Shown here: positions 57,868 through 64,000 of the stretch, one piece after another | Numbering within the stretch: the stretch's first letter is position 1 | How the letters are laid out: each line of letters begins with the position of its first letter | Assembly: GCA_963667725.2 (NCBI GenBank) | Contig: CAXXHO010000003.1 | Span: 1,792,001-1,856,000, forward strand | DNA length: 64,000 bases | Direction of reading: 5' to 3' | DNA from: Treponemataceae bacterium | GTDB lineage: Bacteria; Spirochaetota; Spirochaetia; Treponematales; Rectinemataceae | The notes under the pieces: model-generated | Seen by the model: only the letters and a program-made list of their open reading frames with translations | What the model was told of the DNA's origin: nothing | Databases searched by the model: none | Program-made: the position numbers and the translations under genes

Positions 57868-60800
57868 CTAAGGCCTGGCCGAATTCTCGGCAGGCCGCTC
57901 CACGGCAGCTTCGGTCAGCCGCTCCACGGCAGCCTCGGCCGCCCAGGCATCCTTCACGATATAATAGCTTTTCTTCAGTTTTTCGCGATAGGGAGGAGCC
58001 TCTTCCCAGCCCTTCCAGAAATAAGGATATGACGGATTGATTTCTATTCCGCCCGTCGTTTTCCCCAGCTTTTTGTCCCATACGATCGCGTCGACGAGGA
58101 AGCCGTCGGTCGCTACTGTATCCAGGGCGTCTCTTTCGGGATTGAAATAGCCCGTCCTCGAATCCTGGAGAACCTGGCGCGAAGAAGGATCGGTCACGTT
58201 GATATAGGTCCAGGGCAGGCGCAAAGAGATAGTCGATCCCTGGATGTTCCAGAGATTGCCCGCTTCGTCGAAGGGCCCCTTGCGCAGGGCGGAAGCGTCG
58301 AAACGCTTCTCGGCGATGTTCCTGCCGTCTTTCGTCCGCGCCGATCCATTCACGAGCATGCTGATCCGCTGGAATTGGCCGTCGGAGAGGCGAACCGTGG
58401 CGAAGCGGGACATGGCGGTATTGTAGGTCGGGATGACGAGGAGATCGGCTTTGTCGGCCGAAGACAGGCGAAAGACGAATTCCAGTCCTGAACTCGTCTT
58501 CATGTTTCCGACGGGCCAAAGCATCTGCCCCAGCTCTCGGCCGAGCGTATCGAGTCCGACCAGGATTTCCTCCGCGGCGAAATCGGGGGCGCGCTTAAGC
58601 TTTATCGTAATATTCAGATACGACGCGTCGACCGACAGTTCCATCGAATCGACGATGCCATTGCCCTTATATGTCACATCGGGCCGTTCCGGAGTCAGGA
58701 CTTCGTTCGCCATAAGGCCGTAGTTCTGTTCAGGGTCTACGGCGTTGTGCCAGAGGACATGCCGGTCGTAGGGAATCATGAGCGTCTCGGTGGTCCAGGT
58801 TTTCTTCACCCACTCGTCCATCCACTCGAAGATGACGCCGCCGGCATAGCCCTCTTTCCGGATCGCGTCCATCATCCTGAGAATGCCTTCCCCGGCCGCG
58901 GTTTCGTCTATGCCGCCATGATGCAGGCCGTCGGGGGCAAAATGCGCGATGCCCGAACCGTTGGCCAGACCGAACTCGGCCACGAGGGCGGGATACCGTC
59001 GATGGCTCTCCATGAACTCCCTGAGATAGCCGCCATAGCGGAGCGGGCCTTCTTCATCCTCGTAGGAGCCATAGGCGATCTCATTGTTCATGAAATCGGG
59101 ATAGTTCGGATAGATGTGGTAGGCGCCGAAGAGCCCGGCTGTCATGGCGGGCGTGATTTCAAAATGATCTATGGTCACGCTCGCCCTGTCGTTTCCCTTA
59201 TTCTTCTTGCCGGTCGCAGGGTCCCACTCCGAATCATGTTCCTTGGGATCCAGGGTCGGCCAGCTCACGAGGGAGACGGGATGCAGCTGGCCATATCGAG
59301 CCGCTTCGATCGACGCCACTTCGTCCAGGGATTCGGCCAGCCATACTTCCGTCGGCGTCGCCTCGAGCCCGGCCGAGACATACTTCCCGGCATAAGCTGC
59401 ATGTTTGTTGCGCTCGTCCGTCTCCATGACTTCCTCGCTCTCAAGCTCACGTCCCACGAGCCAACCCAGAAGCCATTTTGATACATCGGCGGTATAGATG
59501 CCCCAGGCCCTCCCCTTGCGCTCCGGCACATTGGCCCGGCCGTAAACGGCATCGATGCCGTAGTCGATCTCCTTGAGGAAGCTCTCCCTGTATTCGGGCG
59601 CGAGATAGTCGCCATTGGCGGGATTTTCTTCGGGCCAGATTTCCTGAAGCAGATAGAGCGTTCTATCGGGATGCTCGGTGTTGTGAATGGACAGCGCCTT
59701 ATAGAACTCGGGAGGCGGGAGCGTGTAAATCCTGATGGTGTTGGCATTCATGTCAGCGATGCCTTCGAGCCAGCGCCTGTAGGTGCTTACATCCTCAGGA
59801 AAGTTGGTGAAGTACATCCCCGGTTCCGCGAAACCCATGTTGACGCCGCGCACGAAAAGATCTTTCCAGATTCCGTCCTTGTCGCGCAGCTGAAAGCCTT
59901 TGCCGAAGGCCCTGACGTTGACCCTAAGTTCGCCATGTTCGCCGGACATCAAAGTCCTCGCTACCTTGGCCTTCTCCGCGTCGCGGAGTATCGAACGTAT
60001 GAGCGGCACATAGGCCTTCCAGAAGAAATAGGCGTTGCTGTCCACCGAATCGTCGATCAGCAGTTTTTTCAGCCAGGAGATCCCTTTCATTCCATAGGGA
60101 GTGGAAATAGCCTGGAGATCAGCGAAATCCCCCGCGAAATACCAGCCAGAATACTGCGGGTTTTTATAGAGGAGAATGGCCGGAAAGGTCGTAGGCAGCC
60201 CGAGACTATCCAGTTTGGCTTTGCCGCTCGCGGTTAGGTCGAGAGTATAGTCGGCGACGGTTTCCGATCCGCTGTCTGGAATTGTCCACTCGAACCAATA
60301 GCGGTAGGAAATGGGCTTTTTCGATTTCAGGGCTTCGGCCCAAGGATCTCTGAAGGAAAACTTCAGCCCATTCTTGCCTATATCCTCCATTTCCGTGAGC
60401 ACCTCGACATGGTCTTCATCCGAGATGAGAATGTATCCGCGGCCAAAAAAGTTCCATTGCTTTCCAGTCTGAGCCGCGTAATTGGATATCACCCAGGCCG
60501 GAACTTCTTTTCCCGCCGTGAGATCCTCGAAATACTTGCCGATCCAGCCATTCCACTGGATGCCCAGCAACCTTCCCAGCGTCAGCCTGTCCCGCAGGTT
60601 CGTCGGCGAAGCCGCCGAATTGAACTCGGCCATGAAGGTATTCCCGGCACCCAGGTTCTTCCTGATCGTCTGGATGTCCTCCGTGGTCAAGGCGCCGTAT
60701 AGCTTGGAAGAGATTTCGCCCGCCAGTTTCTTCTGCATATAATCGTCTTTGTAGACGCCATAGGTATCGGTGATATAGACGATATCGGGCCGCTGCCCGT

Positions 60801-61122
60801 CGGCCGGCAGAGAAAGGCTTCTCCATTCGTTTTCGCCATAAGGGTAGAAACCGAAGTAATCGGATTTTTCATTATAGAGCTGTCTGGACCCCAGTTTCGC
60901 GATTTTCTCGTTTTTCAGCACCCAGAAAAAGCCGGCGTGTTCGCGGTAATCGGGATAGGGAACGGTCTTGTCCACAGCCCATATGTTGAGTTCGCGCGAT
61001 GGGGCTACCTGCCACAAGATGAAAGGAGCCAGAACGAGGAGGACCGTTCCGGCCGTGATCGCGACGAGAAGGATGCTCAGGATCATCATCGCGGAACGTT
61101 GCCCGATACCAGAAGTCTTCAT
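57868..61122 (-). CDS. Membrane-anchored two-domain protein with C-terminal clan GH-A-like glycoside hydrolase
   Basis: N-terminal TM; unknown domain (DKTVP..DYREH, DTYGVY, AEFN); FVRGVNMG, MNANTIRIYT, VGRE, YHIYP, VAEFG, FEWMDEW. Confidence 0.7.
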   Translation of the reverse strand: MKTSGIGQRSAMMILSILLVAITAGTVLLVLAPFILWQVAPSRELNIWAVDKTVPYPDYREHAGFFWVLKNEKIAKLGSRQLYNEKSDYFGFYPYGENEWRSLSLPADGQRPDIVYITDTYGVYKDDYMQKKLAGEISSKLYGALTTEDIQTIRKNLGAGNTFMAEFNSAASPTNLRDRLTLGRLLGIQWNGWIGKYFEDLTAGKEVPAWVISNYAAQTGKQWNFFGRGYILISDEDHVEVLTEMEDIGKNGLKFSFRDPWAEALKSKKPISYRYWFEWTIPDSGSETVADYTLDLTASGKAKLDSLGLPTTFPAILLYKNPQYSGWYFAGDFADLQAISTPYGMKGISWLKKLLIDDSVDSNAYFFWKAYVPLIRSILRDAEKAKVARTLMSGEHGELRVNVRAFGKGFQLRDKDGIWKDLFVRGVNMGFAEPGMYFTNFPEDVSTYRRWLEGIADMNANTIRIYTLPPPEFYKALSIHNTEHPDRTLYLLQEIWPEENPANGDYLAPEYRESFLKEIDYGIDAVYGRANVPERKGRAWGIYTADVSKWLLGWLVGRELESEEVMETDERNKHAAYAGKYVSAGLEATPTEVWLAESLDEVASIEAARYGQLHPVSLVSWPTLDPKEHDSEWDPATGKKNKGNDRASVTIDHFEITPAMTAGLFGAYHIYPNYPDFMNNEIAYGSYEDEEGPLRYGGYLREFMESHRRYPALVAEFGLANGSGIAHFAPDGLHHGGIDETAAGEGILRMMDAIRKEGYAGGVIFEWMDEWVKKTWTTETLMIPYDRHVLWHNAVDPEQNYGLMANEVLTPERPDVTYKGNGIVDSMELSVDASYLNITIKLKRAPDFAAEEILVGLDTLGRELGQMLWPVGNMKTSSGLEFVFRLSSADKADLLVIPTYNTAMSRFATVRLSDGQFQRISMLVNGSARTKDGRNIAEKRFDASALRKGPFDEAGNLWNIQGSTISLRLPWTYINVTDPSSRQVLQDSRTGYFNPERDALDTVATDGFLVDAIVWDKKLGKTTGGIEINPSYPYFWKGWEEAPPYREKLKKSYYIVKDAWAAEAAVERLTEAAVERPAENSARP

Positions 61123-64000
61123 TTCTTGTCCTTGTCAGGCTGATTTCCGGCTGGCCCCGAAGCCACGCCGGAAGAGGAGAAGCCCTTTCTTTCCATCTTG
61201 CCCCAGCCTTTCGGCTTTTTCATGGCGCTCAGGAATCCGAACACGCGCCACATAGAAAACAGCTGCCGGGGGCCGAAATTCTCGATGAGGGCGATGGCGA
61301 GCATCTTCAGAGTGTCCTTATACGAGAAATAATAGATCTGCCGCTCCGCGATCAGCACCGAAGCCATGGAAATGAGGATACCCATGAAGACGGTCGAGAG
61401 AAAAAGAAGAATGGCGAGCTTGGCGCTTATCAAACCGAGAAGAGCCGCAAGAAAGACCATGAAATACCCTTGAATCTCAAAAAGCGGACCTATCATCTCG
61501 AAAATGAGAAAATACGACATTCCGAGCATACCCATTTTCCCGTAGGCGGGATTGAAAATCAGTTTTCTGTGGAAATACAGGATATCGATGAGCCCTCTAT
61601 GCCACCTGTCCCTCTGCCGCTTCAGGATATCTATGCTTTCCGGAACTTCCGTCCAGCAGTTGGCGTTATAGGCGTAGCTTATCCGGTATTTCTGCTTTTT
61701 TTCTCGCATATGCCTGGCCAGCCTCACGACGAGCTCCATGTCTTCTCCCACGGTATCCTTCCCGTATCTTTCGTTGCTGGTGAGATAGCCGCCTACGCTG
61801 ATCACCCGCTCCTTGCGGAAAAGACCGAAAGCACCGGATATGATGAGAAGCGTATTGATCTGCGCCCAGCCGAGCCTGCCGCACATGAAGGCTCTCAGAT
61901 ACTCGATGGTCTGCAGTTTGGCCAGGCTGTTGGCCGGAAGGGCTATGTGCGTGAGCTTTCCGCGGTCCACGCCGCATCCGTTTATGGGGAAAACGTTGCC
62001 GCCCATCGCGGGCGTCTCCACCCCGTAATCGAGGGTCATGGCGGCGACCTTTAGCAATGAGTCGGGCTCGAGAAGCGAATCGGCGTCTATGCCGCAGAAG
62101 TATTCCTTGGAAGCGATGTTGATGCCGGCGTTGAGCGAATCGGCTTTCCCGCCGTTATCCTTGTCCACGACGACGAGACGCGGGTAAAGAGGATTCATGT
62201 AGATTCCCCTCACCGAGGCCGTCTTGAGCCTTTGTGTGTAATAGTGATCTGTCCGTTTGAGAGCGTAGTAGGAGATGAGGCTGTTCAGCGTGCCGTCACG
62301 CGATCCGTCATTGACGACGACCAGTTCGTAGTCGGGATACTTGAGATTGAGCAGGGAGCTCGTACTCTCTATGATCGTCTTCTCTTCGTTGAATGCCGGG
62401 GCGATGATGGAGACCGAAGGAAGTATGCGCGGCTTGAAAAGGAAGGACATCGTCTTTAGATTCCAGAGCCTGGTAGATGATTTCACCTTCACGGTCGAGA
62501 GCAGGAGAAGAACGATGTATATCGCGTTGATCGCCATCGAATACCAGGCAAAGTTGTAGTTCACGTCCACGACGTAGGTTTTCAGCTGCACGAGCGGCGG
62601 GATGGAACCTATCTGGTTGCCATGGCTTAAAAAGTAAATCGCGGGAAAAAGCAGAAGCGATCCGATCAATATCATATAGAGCCGACGCACCATTTTCCAG
62701 TCCCGTTTTTCTTCGCGCTTCTTGACGGGAACCGTGATTCTCCGGAAACCGCATTTCTCGATGAGGCGATCGGGAAGATAGAGTCCGCATTCCGTCCTCA
62801 GCCTTTCGCTTCCATCGGCTTCTTCGCGTATGATGGCGATTACGGCTTCTTCCAGAGCCTCATCCTTGTTCAGTTTCAGAAATTCGATGATCTCCGAAAC
62901 CTTCCCGAGCCTGATGACCTCGCTTATGAGCCGGGCCGATTTTTCCTTCTCCTTCCCCGATAGTTTGGTTATGAAATATTCGATCTTTCCAGCCAGTATT
63001 TCAGCCAGGCTCTGGGCAATGTTCTTGTCGGTCGTTTTCTCGAAAGCATCCACGACTGACGGAATGAGCCGCGGATGCGCCATCAGAATCCGTGAGAGGC
63101 CGATTTTTGCCGGTATCGCCGTCTGCTCATCTCCGAGATAGCGCAGCAGCGTATCGATGTCATCCTGGCCGTTTCCGCCGCCGAGGGAGCGCACCGCGAT
63201 GGCTCGGATATCCTTGTCTTCATGTTCGAGGAACTCCGTGGAATTCAATACATCGCCATAGAATTTTTCGATGCACTCGGCCGCTTTCAGCATGAGCCTA
63301 TGATGGTTCTCCACGGGGTGTTGGCTCGTGACAAGGAGATTGAAATGCCTGCAGTGAAAATCCGGCGAGACGCTGCCTTTGTATTTGCATTGCCTTCGCT
63401 GGTCGTCGGCGATGGTCTGGCCGTGGCGGCAGAAGGCGCAGCATTTTTCGGGACAGCCCTCTACCAATGCCGAGAGCCGGGCTATCTCGGCCTGTCCCCC
63501 CGAGAGCATCGCTACGAGATACTCCTTGAGGTCTTCGGAAACATAGGTGATGGATATGTCCAGAAAGAGCTCGAGTATCTCGCTGCCTTCGCGCCAGAAA
63601 TACCCGCGCAGATAATCTGAAGCTTCCGGACCGAAGGAAGCGATGAGGAGATTCACTTTATCGCGATACCAGCGATGGGCGCCTATCAGGCTCTCGACGA
63701 GTACGTTCAGGGACCGGGGATCCCCGATTTCAGCCAACGCGTTCGCGATGAAAAGCTTGACGGGAAATTCCTTTTCGGCAAGAAGAGCTTTTTCAAGTAT
63801 CGCGCGGGCATCGTCGCTCCTAATCAAGGACAGTCCCAGGGAGGCTTCCATCCGCTCGTAGCGGCTTTGATACCTGATTCTTCTCTTGAGGATGGATTCC
63901 AGCCTTTCCGACCTGGCCAGGCTGAGAATCCTGAGATGCTCGTGTTCGGGAAGCTGTATGGACTGTTTCAGGCGAAGGTAATTATCGAAGAGCCTGCTCA
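61119..64000 (-). CDS. HEAT-repeat / processive GT2 polysaccharide synthase fusion, 5'-truncated
   Basis: HEAT-like repeats (ANALAEIGDPRS, AVRSLG); GT2 APAFNEE, VNDGS, NGGKADSLN, DADS, GEDMEL, QRDRW; C-terminal TM helices; frame stays open from 63851 to the window end. Confidence 0.85.
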   Translation of the reverse strand, partial: SRLFDNYLRLKQSIQLPEHEHLRILSLARSERLESILKRRIRYQSRYERMEASLGLSLIRSDDARAILEKALLAEKEFPVKLFIANALAEIGDPRSLNVLVESLIGAHRWYRDKVNLLIASFGPEASDYLRGYFWREGSEILELFLDISITYVSEDLKEYLVAMLSGGQAEIARLSALVEGCPEKCCAFCRHGQTIADDQRRQCKYKGSVSPDFHCRHFNLLVTSQHPVENHHRLMLKAAECIEKFYGDVLNSTEFLEHEDKDIRAIAVRSLGGGNGQDDIDTLLRYLGDEQTAIPAKIGLSRILMAHPRLIPSVVDAFEKTTDKNIAQSLAEILAGKIEYFITKLSGKEKEKSARLISEVIRLGKVSEIIEFLKLNKDEALEEAVIAIIREEADGSERLRTECGLYLPDRLIEKCGFRRITVPVKKREEKRDWKMVRRLYMILIGSLLLFPAIYFLSHGNQIGSIPPLVQLKTYVVDVNYNFAWYSMAINAIYIVLLLLSTVKVKSSTRLWNLKTMSFLFKPRILPSVSIIAPAFNEEKTIIESTSSLLNLKYPDYELVVVNDGSRDGTLNSLISYYALKRTDHYYTQRLKTASVRGIYMNPLYPRLVVVDKDNGGKADSLNAGINIASKEYFCGIDADSLLEPDSLLKVAAMTLDYGVETPAMGGNVFPINGCGVDRGKLTHIALPANSLAKLQTIEYLRAFMCGRLGWAQINTLLIISGAFGLFRKERVISVGGYLTSNERYGKDTVGEDMELVVRLARHMREKKQKYRISYAYNANCWTEVPESIDILKRQRDRWHRGLIDILYFHRKLIFNPAYGKMGMLGMSYFLIFEMIGPLFEIQGYFMVFLAALLGLISAKLAILLFLSTVFMGILISMASVLIAERQIYYFSYKDTLKMLAIALIENFGPRQLFSMWRVFGFLSAMKKPKGWGKMERKGFSSSGVASGPAGNQPDKDKK

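Overview
64 kb of GC-rich, gene-dense bacterial chromosome. The gene content suggests a free-living spirochaete (Treponematales/Rectinemataceae-like); this is inferred from a BB0323-type LysM protein, a PEGA protein and typical spirochaete transporter sets. About 51 CDS are present. I found no rRNA, tRNA, CRISPR array, transposase or phage gene. Content: ptsI-der-merR-apeB; an M23 peptidase; PEGA/DUF362/class I fumarase/MFS; a PAS + GT2 + SMR-flippase + GT-C glycosylation module; a PAS-GGDEF; glpQ-ugpBAE; a hexuronate cluster (uxaE, two-component system, TRAP, SDR, uxaC, divergent LarA-family epimerase); a LolD/FtsX/LolA-like/outer-membrane operon with an OmpR-type two-component system; ubiD-ubiA-ubiX linked to an ABC importer; an AfuABC-like transporter; a sigma54-type hsp20; ferredoxins; and, cut by the right edge, a HEAT-repeat/processive GT2 fusion followed by a two-domain clan GH-A hydrolase. 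The best candidates for undescribed systems are this polysaccharide synthase module and the putative menaquinone head-group salvage operon. Other candidates are an ACAGGAT inverted-repeat element, a Cache-like domain fused to an ABC permease, several apparently leaderless genes and a possible hsp20 RNA thermometer. All calls come from reading motifs by eye; no searches were run.
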